Positions 33,756-44,764 of a stretch of 64,000 bases of DNA are shown one piece after another. The DNA is from Thecamonas trahens ATCC 50062 (Eukaryota > Protista > Apusomonadida). The notes under the pieces were generated by a model. The model was not told the DNA's origin. It was given only the letters and a program-made list of their open reading frames with translations, and did no database searches. The position numbers were made by a program, and so were the translations under genes. How positions within the stretch are numbered: the stretch's first letter is position 1; each line of letters opens with the position of its first letter. The stretch is from the NCBI RefSeq assembly GCF_000142905.1, contig NW_013657651.1, forward strand, positions 342,167 to 406,166, written 5' to 3'.

Positions 33756-35677
33756 TCACTCGACGACCATAGCGGCAGGAGCCTGGCGAGGGAGGGCGCG
33801 ATGGAGGCGCTGGGTAAAGAGGCCAACAGCGGCATCAAAGGAGAACGGCATCTCGCGGTTGCGACCGCGGACGGTGCGGAGGGCGAGCTTGGAGGAGAGG
33901 AGGGCGGACGACGACGATGCGGCCTTGCACTCTTGGTAGACGTCGAAGCAGAGAGCTAGCTTGCGGAGCTGGTACGAGAGGACCTCGTTGTCGTTGGGTA
34001 GCGGCAGCTCCGAGTGATAGACGTTGACCTCGGCGGCCATGACGCCGACGTTGTTGTCGGTGGACAAGCCGGCCTGCTCGCTGTTGCTGAGCTCGAGGTG
34101 AAAGAGCGGCGGGCGGGCAGGGTACTCGTTGGTGATGGCGACAGTGGCTGTGAGGGTGGCACCGTCGCGGACAAGCTCGGCCAGGTAGACATCAGTCTGC
34201 AGGGCCGGATCAGCGACAGCAGTGAGGACTGGCGAGGCCGCAATCGCGGTGTCAGCATCGGCGGCGCTCAGCTGCCGCCACGAGCGGAGCGAGACGCGGG
34301 TTTGGAGCGGGAAGGAAGGCGAGACGAGCTTGGCCAGCGGAAGCGTGCCATTTGCGAGCTCAGACAGCTGGCAGTCGAGCGCACGCCCGGCGTTGAGCCG
34401 GTTGCGAAGTTGGGCCAGAATGGCTTTGACGCCGACCGAGAGCGGGACCGAGCTGGCGGCGTTGTTTCGCGCGGCGCGAGAAAGTTGTTGCCCGCGAGCC
34501 ACTGGGCCCACAGGTATGGCTTGAGCGAAGCGACGGCGAGCGGCGGCGCAAAGCGGAATGGCTCGCCCGAGGCTGTGCCCAGGTACGCGTTGGCCGGGTT
34601 GGGCGACGTCTCGCCGGCGTCGCCTGGGAAGAGATTTGCCAGCAGGTTTGCGGGCAGCGGGCCGTCGAGCACCTGGACGCCGACAAGGTTGAGCGCGGCA
34701 AAGAAGGCAAAACCGAGCTTGACCGGCGCATCAAACGCGTCGTCCGGCCCGGGGAAGAGCTCGAGCTCGACGCTGAGCGGGAAGACGGCGTAGTACGAGT
34801 CGGCGCGCTCGTCATCATCATCGTCGTCGTCTGCGGTGGCGACGCGCTTGGCTGCCGATGGCGACGGCGGCTCGAGGTCTGCGGCGGCCTTGGCGGCCTT
34901 TGCGGCAGCGAGGGTGGCAGCGGCAGTGTCACCGGCAATGGTCAGCGCCATGGCAGCGGTGGATGCCGCGCCGTTGTAGGCCAACAGCTGTGTGTAGAGC
35001 ATGTAGAGCGGCGAGGGCAGGAGGCCGAGGCGCTCGCGGGTCTCTGCATCAACGACCACCAGCGATGAGCCCATAGCATCGACGAGCGGCTGGCCGGCAT
35101 GGAGGAACTTGTCGAGCTGGATGTGGAGCGAGTCGAGAAAGTCCGAGTCGGAGGCGAGGCGCTCCTGGGTCTCCTCCACGGTCTTCTGCTGGGCATGGAG
35201 CTCGTTGACGAGCTTCTCGCGCTGTGCCATCTCAAAGGTCAGCCGCGCGAGCATGACCTCGTGATCGGAGAGTGACTTGGCATCCACAGCAGCATCAGCG
35301 AGGGCATCCTTGGCAGGCACCAGGTCGAGGGCATCGCCGGCAAAGGCAAACTCTGCGCAGCGCTTGATTTCGTTGAGCACGACAGCCTTCTCGTAGAGGA
35401 CCGACTCGAGGCCCAGTTGAGCTTCATCCAAAGCTGTAGACGCTTCAGCCAGCTCAGCCTCCTTCTCTGCATTCGCCTTCATGACGCCTCGATGTGCTCC
35501 CCTAAGTCGCATTAGCGTGTGTGAGCCAGCCGCCAGCGCGGTTTCGTCGACGATCTGCCCTGCCTTGGCCGACGCCACCAGCCCCTCCACCGTGGAGCGG
35601 AGCGCAGCCACGAGGCTTGTGACGTCTTCCAGGTGGTCAAGGGCGCTCTCGCCGTCTCCATGTCCTCGCTTGCTCAT
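33756..35677 (-). CDS. THOC5: THO complex subunit 5 (FMIP); one-base frameshift near 34470
   Basis: LDEAQLGLESVLYEKAVVLNEIKRC, HEVMLARLTFE, LLPSPLYMLY, NLFPGDAG, KPYLWAQWLAG, EYPARPPLF and RTVRGRNR. Confidence 0.88.
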
Positions 35678-35774
35678 GCCAGAAAGGTGTGTGCGTGGGG
35701 GGGGGGGGGGGGGGGGGAGGAGTGGTGTCTTGTGTGTGCGTGTGTGTGTGGGTGATTCGGTGGCCGGCTGGTTG

Positions 35775-38206
35775 TTACTCACCAAAGTGGTTCTTAAGGG
35801 TTATGATGAGGTTGTTGGTGTGGAGAGGATCCTTGACGACAACGCCGTCCATGGACCAGCCCTCATGGGGAACGTCCTTGTTGAGGAACATGCCCTCGAT
35901 GAGCTTGAGGTTTGCAAGACGTTCTGGCTTGCGATGTGCCTTTTCGGTAAAGTCGTCGTCGGCCTGGCGGCCGGTGAGAATCTCGGCGAGGCGCATCAGG
36001 ATGATGCCGTCGGCTAGATCCGAGTGGAGATCGCGGACCTTCCACATGGCGTCACGCATGGCAAGCTTGGAGTTGACCCAGCGGGTGAGGTCGGCCTTGA
36101 GAGCTTCGTCGCGCGAGATGGTGTCGCGGGCACCGGTGTAGGCGGCCATGATGCGCGAGAGGATTGTTTGCACGGTGGTGATGTCGCCGCGCATGACGTC
36201 GGCCTCGCGCAGATCGCCGACTTTGATGCCATCGGCACGCATGCGCTCAAAGACGGCGGTGGCGTTGTCGAGCTTGGCGGCGCCGTCGAGAAACTCGGTG
36301 TGGTAGATGTGCTCCGGGAACATGACTGCCGTCAGTTCCTCGATGAGCTTGATGAACAGGAGCGAGTCGCGGAAGTCGTCGTCGAGGTGGATGACGCGGA
36401 GTTTGTGCGGGAGGAGGATGCGGTTGGCCCAGTCGATGAGGACGTCGGCCGGCTTGACGGTGACTGAGGCAGCGGCGGCAGCGGCGGCAGAGGTCGAGCC
36501 CGACGACGACGCTGACGGTCCGGAGGCACGGGTGACGCTCTGCAGCTTGCCCGAGGCGACGAGGCGGGTGAGCGAGTTGGGCTTGTAGCGGCCGCCGTCG
36601 AAAAAGTCGCGGATGGCGGCGACCATGCGACGGACCGGCTTGGACGAGGCGTTGACAACGTCGGCCGGGCTCCATGTCTCGGTCTTGAGGCCGAGCAGCG
36701 GGAGCATGGTGTGGAGAAGGGTGCAGTTCTCGAGTTGGGCGGTGACGGTGTTGGGCGCGATGTGGTACGGCGGGAGGCTTTCGCCGGTGAGGACGCGGAG
36801 GACGTCAAAGACTGGAATGCCGCCCTTCATGTCGCGCTCGAGCTCGGTGTAGCGGATCGAGGTTGACGATGAGGCGAGAACGGTGTTGATCCAGTTGAGG
36901 AGCATGGCTGATGACGGCAAGGCGGAGTTGGCGGCAGCCACGGCGGAGGCGCGCGGGCCGGATGCGGCGCCGCCGACGGTGGACGGCGGCGGAGCGCCGG
37001 TGCCGGTGCGGCCGGTCGGCCCGCCGGCTGCGCCGAAAACCCGCGCCGGTGGGCGGACGCCCTCACGCTTGCCCGACGCCCACTGACAGAGTTCGCGGTA
37101 GGTGGGCGAGGCCGAGACCAGCGGCTCGACGACCGAGAACTTGGTCTTGGTTGCGCCAGCATCGATCATGGCTGTAAGCCACTCACGGCGCGACATGACC
37201 GACTTGCCGTTGAGCCAGAGGACCGAGCCGGCCGGATCCTGTGAAGGCACGACGAAAAACCCATTCTCACAAGCGTTGGCAAAGGTTTTGAGCCCGACGT
37301 TACAGGTGAGGAGGTTGACCTTGCCGTAGAGCTTGGCGACCTGGGCTGAGCCGGACGAGTAGAACTTGAGCGAGGTGCCGACGACCTCGAAGAACAGCTT
37401 CTTGAATACTAGGGCGCCGCCCTCGGTCTCGACGAGCTCGATGGAGCCGGCCTTGGTAGCGCCTGCCTCGATGGGGTTGGCCATCGTTTTCTTGCGTCGC
37501 TCGTCGACCGGCGCCGGCGCACGGCTGGCCGGGCGGTTCCCGGCAGCTGAAGCTGGCTGAGCAACAACGCGAGCCTGCTGGGCCGGCGCGGGCGCCACGA
37601 CTTGGACCTGCTGGCGCGGCGGCGGATCGTCAAAGTCATCAAAGGAGATGCCAGCAAGCATGGCCTCGGCGGCGTCGATGCGTGAGGTCTTGGGCGCCTT
37701 GCGGGTAACCGGAGCCTGCGAGGCCGAGGCTACAGCGGATGACGTTGCGCTCAGCTCATCCTTGCGAACAAGCACCGCGCCGCCCTGGCGAACCAAGGCC
37801 GTGAGCCATGCCTTGAGTTCGTCAAAGGTAGCAGTGACGAATCGCATCTTGATGGCGGCCTGCGATGCGAGCGAGAACTCGAGCTTGCCCGGTCCGACCT
37901 CGACCGATGCACCGCGGACCTGAAGGACGATGAGCGGCCTGCCTGACGAGGCACTAGCAGCATCGCGATAAAAATGCAGCACACCGGCAGAAGCCACCAG
38001 CTCGCAGAAGACACTCGCCCATGACCCTGTTCCTCCGTCTTTCCTCGTCTGCAGACTTCCACGCTGCGACAGTGGAGGGTGAGTGGGAGGGTGAGGGTGA
38101 GGGCGAGAGATAGAGAGGGAGAGAGAGAGAGAGAGAGAGTGTGTGTGTGGAGGGGAGATTCTGGTGAAAACACCTGAGGGAGGAGACAGGCAGGCAAGCG
38201 TACCAT
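35775..38206 (-). CDS. PH-PH-CH-CH-CH protein with parvin-like calponin-homology domains
   Basis: Micro-exon ATG at 38206-38204, intron 38203-38064, exon 2 from 38063 (RGSLQTRK...W...LHFY...ELKAWLTAL). A second PH domain (KAGSI...LKFY...RREWLTAM) and three CH domains (LLNWIN, LIDWAN, LTRWVN...DLADG) follow. Confidence 0.8.
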
Positions 38207-38704
38207 GGTGTGAAGAGGGAGAGTGTGTGAAGGTATGTGGGGGTGAGGGGGCAGGTGTTTGTTTTTGTGTGTGTATGTATTTGTGTGTGTGTGTGGGCGA
38301 GGGGTATGTGTATGTGTGTGTGCGTGTGCGTGTGTGCGTGCGTGTGTGGTGGTGTGTGTGTGGGCGTGTGTGTTGGCGTGGAGGTTTGGTGCTGTGACGG
38401 TGTTGGTTGCTGCCATTATTGGAAATGTCAGCCGAAACGTGCGCTGTCCGGCCAACACCATCTCAAGCTCTCCCTCCCTCCCCTCCCCCCCCCCCCCCGC
38501 ACCCAGCCTTTGCCCTAGCCCTCTTCACAGCCAGCGAACAGCAAGCAAGTTCTCTCTCGCCCACTTTGCGTGCCGTCTCCAATACCTCTAACTCCTTCTC
38601 GAGAGTGAGGCTTGTCTGTGTCTTGTGACGCAGGAGGTGGGTCTTTCCCCAGGGTCGCAGACATCGGCAGTCCAAGGGCGCCCGTGGTCAGCTCGGCCAC
38701 CATT

Positions 38705-41700
38705 ATGTCGAAGGATGGAGCGAGCTCGAGCGGCAGTGTAGTCAAGGGCGATGGAACCGGTAGTGCTGGGCTTGGGGGTGATGCTAGTGGTGGCTCGGGT
38801 ACAAGCACGAGCTCGCATGTTCCACTGCTGCGGCGGGCGGTGCGCAAGTCGGTGGTGGCGTCGAGGCTGAAGAGTGTGCTCGCGGCGGCCAAGTCGTCTG
38901 CGGCCGACGGCGGCGAGCCGGGCACCGAGGCTGAGTCAGCGGACCCGCCGCGGAGTGCGAAAAAGTCTGCGGCGGCTCGGTTTGCAGCGATTGCGCGCAA
39001 GGCGAGGGCGAGCGCCGGCGGGGCGGCGGGGCCTGCGGTCAAGGTCCGGGCAGCGGTGGAGGCGTTCTCGGCGGTTGTGCGCCGCAATCGCGATGTGGCT
39101 GATCACAGTGACACCGAGCCAAAAGCTGAAGCAGGGTCGTCGTCGCCAGCTGGCCAGGAAGCCTTGGTTGTTGAAGTCGCCGAGACAGGCGAGCGGCCGG
39201 GTGCTACGCGGCCACCGATGCTGGTCATTCCCGAGGGCGGAAATGACGAGCTGGTGCAGGAGGCGTCGGAGGCAATTGAGCTGCTCAAGCAAGACCCGCC
39301 GATCCAAAAGGCCGGGTACGGCGGCGAGTCTGGATGGGACTTTCCCGAGTTTGACAAGGATGCAGTGGTGGCGTCACTTGGGCTGACGGACGAGCGGCTA
39401 TGTGACTACCGCGAGGCATTTGAAGAGGCTGATCTTGACGGCAACGGGTACCTCTCGCTCCACGAGTTCAAGTCGTGCACGTACATTCTCGGGCACGCGC
39501 GGTCGCCGGCGTTTGTGCAGCGAGTGCTGCGGCAGTTTGGGCTTGTGGACGCCAACAATGACGGGCGGATCTCGTTTACCGAGTTTATCACGTTTTTGAA
39601 AAGGCGGACCTGTTTCGATACCTCTCATACGTGGAGGCGTTCAAAATGCTGCAGGCCGACGACGAGAACTACATCCGCGAACGTGCGCTGGCGGGTCAGA
39701 TGCTGGAGATCGGATACCGCGAGCCGCCGCTGGCGTCCAAGGAGCACTTTGGCATGTTTGACATGTACCGGGCAGGGGTGCTGGGCATTCCACGGCAAAA
39801 ACTGGCGACGACCAAGGTGAAACGGCGACGGCGGATCATGAAGAAGCTGAAGAGTTACAAGCCGCGCAACAAGATGAAGCGCGGTGAGTTCCTGGCGGCG
39901 CTTGGGTACACCGGCAAGACGTACGAGGATGTGACTGTGGCGACATGGCACTCGCTGTACGCACAAAGTGTGCCGGAGCTCACGCCGAAGAGCGTGGACC
40001 TCAATCACACCATGTCTGCGCTCAAGCGCAACTCGACGCTCACAGGATCGTCGTGTTCGCTAATTGATTACGCTGGGACGCCACGGGCCGCCGATTTGCC
40101 GCCGATCCTGGCGCGCGAAGTCGGGCTCGCGACCGACACTCCCGAGTTTGACGTTGTCATTGTGGTGACAGCAGTGGCGTTCTACCTCGGGTTTGAGGTG
40201 CGTGTGACGACAACGCCGCGGTCGACGGTGTCGGACTTGCGCGAGCTCATTGGGGCACAGACTGGGCATGCGCCGGAGCTGCATCGGCTCTATCACGAGG
40301 GTTTCCATCTCCACGACTCGACGCGGAGTCTCGCGTCGTACAACATTGGCGACGGCTCGCGAGTCTCTGTGGTCACGCTCCCGCTGACGCACCTGCTCGA
40401 GTCGGACAAGGTGTTTGACGGCGACGGAGCGCCTAACTTGCCGAACATCTACGAGCACTTTCGGTGGGAGGGACTGCTGCGTGTGGCGGACGCGCTGCGG
40501 ATCATCACATCGGTGCAAGAGGTGCTTGCCCGCGAGCCAAACATGGTCCACGTCTATGAGCCGGTCAACGTGGTCGGCGATCTGCACGGACAGTTCTACG
40601 ACCTCGAGACGATTTTCGAGGCGGGCGGGGACCACTTTGAGGGCGGCGTCAACTGGCTCTTCCTCGGTGACTACGTGGACCGCGGCTACTTTTCGTGCGA
40701 GGTCATCTTGTACATTTTTGCGGCCAAGCTCAGGTACCCTGCGGCGATCAGCCTCGTCCGCGGCAACCACGAGTCATCGTCGATGACGCGGCGGTACGGC
40801 ACGATTTCCGAGTGCCGCCACAAGTACGGCGGCGAGGACGGATCTGACACGACGGTCTTTGACGCCCTCCTCGAGTGCTTCCAGCACCTGCCGGTGTGCG
40901 CGGTGGTGCACTCGGCCGGGCAGAGGATGCTGGCACTGCACGGCGGCATCTCTCAAGAAGTGATCGACTTGGAAGAGTACCTTGCCGGCTACGACCGGGT
41001 ATGCGAGCCTGAGGGTCCGGTCAAGGGCCTACTGTGGAACGATCCATGGGACGACTGCTACATCGGGGTCGAGTGCGAGCCAGCGCCGCCGCCGGGAGCG
41101 CCACCGCAGATTGAGCTCAACGCGGCGCACACCGAGCTCGACCTGCGGCTTCACCCCGAGCCTGTGCCAGACACGCGACCGGACGAGCTCGACCACGACT
41201 CGGATAACTACTCGTCGAGTGGCGAGAGTCACGCCGGGCTGAGCGAGAAGGCTGACGACGACGGGCGCAGAGCAGACCTGACGGTCGACTTGACGGCAAG
41301 CAGCTTGTCGCGGACAGTGCCGCCGACGCCACACCCCAACGAGACGTTTTCCGGGAGCCGGCGGCGGATACCGTCGTCGTCGTCATTTGCAGACTTGCTT
41401 CCGCACGAGCAGCCTGTTCCCGCTGCCGACGTAGTGGATGTCGACACGTCGCTGGAGGCGTCGCTTGATCTCGCGCTCGAGGAAGAGGGATCGTGGGACG
41501 GCGTGGAGCAAGAGGAGGATGTTGACGGCGAGGTTGAGGCCAAAGACAAAGATGGAACTCAGAGTGTCGGCCAACTCAAGTCGAAGAAAGCCAAGAAGGG
41601 CAAGAGCAAGGACAAGGACAAGGACAGTGGCAAGGGCAAGAAGAAGAAGAAGAAGAAAAAGAAGAAGAAGAAGAAGCGCAAGTCGAAGGACAAGGCCGAG

Positions 41701-42897
41701 AGCGAGTCGTGTGCGTCGTCTGCGTCGTCTGCGTCGTCTGCGTCGTCTGCGCGATCATCGGGCGTGCCGTCGCCATGGGTCGACGAGTCGTCGACGAGCG
41801 ACGGGGCCGGGGCCGAGTATGACGGCGGATGGGCCGCCAGGTTGGGCTCGTCGGGCGAAGCCGAGGGCGCCGGACCGGCGGCGGCGCGGGTGGACGGTGA
41901 GGCGGGTGTGGAGGCAACGATGGACCCCCTGCTCGCGGCGACCGACTCGGTGATGGAGCACGAGGAAGCCGAGGTGCTGGATCGACTGGAGCGGTCAAAG
42001 GACGACCTCGTGTTTGACCTCAACCAGGTGCGAGAGCTGTCTGCGGACGAGCTTGCGGAGCTTCCGCCGCACGAGACGCTCGACGAGGCGTCGTTTCGGC
42101 CGTCGATGCGCGGGCGGACGTGCCGGGAGTTTGACTACGCGGCGGTGTGCCACTTTCTGAAGCGCAACGGTATGATCTCGATTCTCCGCGGGCACCAGGT
42201 CCCGCTTGACGACGGGTTCGACGTGTTCAAGCCTGGACCGCAGTACGACTTTCCGTCGATTGTGACTGTGTTTTCCGCGCCCAACTACACCGACGACCAC
42301 ATGCAGGTGGGCGGGATGGCAGTGTTCCGCGATGGCGTGATGGTGTTGCGGCGGTACCCATGGAAGCTGCATCCTGTGTGCTACCCGGTGGGCCACAAGT
42401 ACGCGTACACGCGGCATCTGCACTACGAGGACTTTGTACAGTTCCTAGCGCACTTTTATCCGCAGTGCACCAAAGTCGAACCGCTTTGGGTGCACCTCCG
42501 CAAGTCGGGGCGCGTGGCAGAGTTCATTGCCACGGCCAACGCGCGGATCGACGACCCGTCGCTGCACGTGTCAGTGGCGGATTTACAGTATGCGACCGAG
42601 CCGTGGGAGTTTCTGCGGGCGCACATCACAGACATGCTGGGCAACTCGGACAAGCCGATGGTGCGCGACTTGCACAAGCATATCATCCACGACGTGCACG
42701 CGTTCTACAACGGATTCGACTACATCCGGCACGCGCTCCGGCGCGAGGCCGAGTACGAGCGCATGCCCGAGACGCTCGAGTCGTCCGACTCGGAGTCGGA
42801 CATGTTCTCGGACCTCTCGTCGTGCACCTCGAGCGACGACATGGACGAGACCGGCGAGTTTTCATCATCGTCGTCGCTGATGGGCTCAGACTTTTGA
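38705..42897 (+). CDS. EF-hand + ubiquitin-like + calcineurin-A-type PPP phosphatase fusion; one-base frameshift near 39595
   Basis: EF-hands DLDGNGYLSLHEF and DANNDGRISFTEF; a Ubl domain (TVSDLRELI...LHRLYHEG...LASYNIGDGSRV); PPP motifs GDLHGQ, GDYVDRG, RGNHE, HGG and SAPNY; calcineurin-specific context. Confidence 0.85.
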
Positions 42898-42921
42898 GTG
42901 AGTGAACATAGATACAGAAGG

Positions 42922-44409
42922 CTACGTGCGCTTCCTTGGCAGCGTCCGCTGCTTCTTTGGGGGACGTAGCGGGAGGCGAGAGGAGACAGACTTCCGCTTC
43001 CGGGTCTTGGTGGCGGTCTCAAGCGAGACAATGAGGTCAGCGGATGGCGGCGGGAGGGTGGGCGGGAGGCGGGAAGGGCGGCGGCGAGGCGGGGCGGCGA
43101 GGCGCGGGATGGGTCGCGCGAGAACACGGGCAACGCGGACGCGCTTGCTGCGCTCGCCCTGATCGTCGTCGCTCCAAAACTCGTCGGCGTCGGACGATGA
43201 CGACGACGAAGACGACGAGGGAGCAGCGGCGACAAGCGAGGGGCGTGATGCGGCCGCTTGGTGCTCTGCACGGGCGCGGCGTGCGGCGGCGCCGACGCGA
43301 GCGGCGTATTCGCGGGCGGCACCGGCGGTGGACCACTCGTCCTCGGACGCCATGTCGTTGAGGACCGGGCGAAGCAGGCGGCGGGCATAGGAGCGAGCAA
43401 GGTGGGCAATGGCAGTGAGCGCGGAGAGTGAGAGCTGGCCCTCCATGTCGGGCAGAGCGTCGGCCATCCACGAGCCGGTCTCGGCTACAGCGCGGAGTGC
43501 GGTGGGCGACGGGCGTGGGTCAGCGGCGACGGTCTCGGGCGAGACGACCGGCTCGAGGATGGGAACGTGCTCGATGGCGGCCTTGACGCCGATGCGTGCG
43601 GCATCGCGCTCAAACTGCTTGCAGGCGTCAGCGAGCACGGCGTCGTCGTCGGTTGCCAGCTCGCGCTCAACAGCGAGGCGAGCGGCAAACTCGGCGGCCG
43701 GGTGCTCACGATCGAGCCAGACGGCTTGGGCCTTAAAGTACTCGGCCGAGTCGTTGTGGGGCGGCGGGGGGAGGGACGATTGAGGTATCGGGGAGTAGAC
43801 TGGATCGGAGGCGCCGTGCTGAATGCGGCGGCGGATGTTGGACTCTGAGGCTGTGGATGCGAGAGCAAAGGAAGGCGGGAGCGGCGGGCGCCACGAGTGC
43901 GGATCGCCGGGAGCGAGCTGGGCGAGCGAGCGCGAGACAGGCGTCGGTGCGTCGTTTCGATGAGTGGTCGAGTCATTGCCACTGTGCCAACGGGCAGGGA
44001 TCTTGGCAAGGACGTCGACGTCGCTACGGGCCTTGTAGCCAAGCTGGCGATAGGTGGGAGCCTTTGGATCCCAGGCGTAGACGGCAGTGGCATCGACAAG
44101 CTCTGGGATGGCTGCAGTGGCCTGATGCGAGGCATGCGGATTCAACAGACCAATTCTGTTGTAGCTGTACGCCAGCGAGACAAGCGAGTCCAAGCCGCGT
44201 GGCTCGCGCAGAATCTGTGCCCTTGCCGCCCGCTCGAGTTTGGAGGTGTCGGGCATACGGTATCGGAGCTGTCGGTCGAGCGGGAGGTCGGGGACGAGGC
44301 TTCGTTTGAGCCGCTTCTGGAGCCATCGTCTTCGCTCCCACCGTCTCAGCGACCGAGCTGTGGATGGATGGGCGTGCGGTGGGGGTGGGGGTGGAGAAGG
44401 GGGGGGCAT
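42922..44409 (-). CDS. Hypothetical protein (basic termini, probably nuclear)
   Basis: ORF of about 500 codons with coding-like codon use and a C-terminal KTRKRK...PPKKQR. No family confidently recognised and the start is uncertain. Confidence 0.6.
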   Translation of the reverse strand: MPPPSPPPPPPHAHPSTARSLRRWERRRWLQKRLKRSLVPDLPLDRQLRYRMPDTSKLERAARAQILREPRGLDSLVSLAYSYNRIGLLNPHASHQATAAIPELVDATAVYAWDPKAPTYRQLGYKARSDVDVLAKIPARWHSGNDSTTHRNDAPTPVSRSLAQLAPGDPHSWRPPLPPSFALASTASESNIRRRIQHGASDPVYSPIPQSSLPPPPHNDSAEYFKAQAVWLDREHPAAEFAARLAVERELATDDDAVLADACKQFERDAARIGVKAAIEHVPILEPVVSPETVAADPRPSPTALRAVAETGSWMADALPDMEGQLSLSALTAIAHLARSYARRLLRPVLNDMASEDEWSTAGAAREYAARVGAAARRARAEHQAAASRPSLVAAAPSSSSSSSSSDADEFWSDDDQGERSKRVRVARVLARPIPRLAAPPRRRPSRLPPTLPPPSADLIVSLETATKTRKRKSVSSRLPLRPPKKQRTLPRKRT

Positions 44410-44764
44410 TTGGGTCGGGTCGGGGGTGGAGTGTGGCACGTGGGGAGAGGGGAGGGAGAGGGGAGATGGATCGGTCACTTTGGGAGGGGGTTGGGGGGGG
44501 GGGCAGTCGGAGTCGCCGTAGCTGTGGTGATGGATGTGGTGATGGATGTGGTGATGGATGTGGTGATGGATGCGATCTGTGGCGGCTGGCGACTCAAGTC
44601 ACAGGCGAATTGAGATGAACGAGAGTTCCGTGGAAGGCGACAAAGACGAGGACGAGGACATGGTGGAAGGGAGGTGGGGGAGAGGGGGGGGGGGGGGGGG
44701 GGGGGAGGGTGACGGACAGAGGCAGACTTGACACACAAGACGGACAAGCAAGTCGAGGTTAGCA

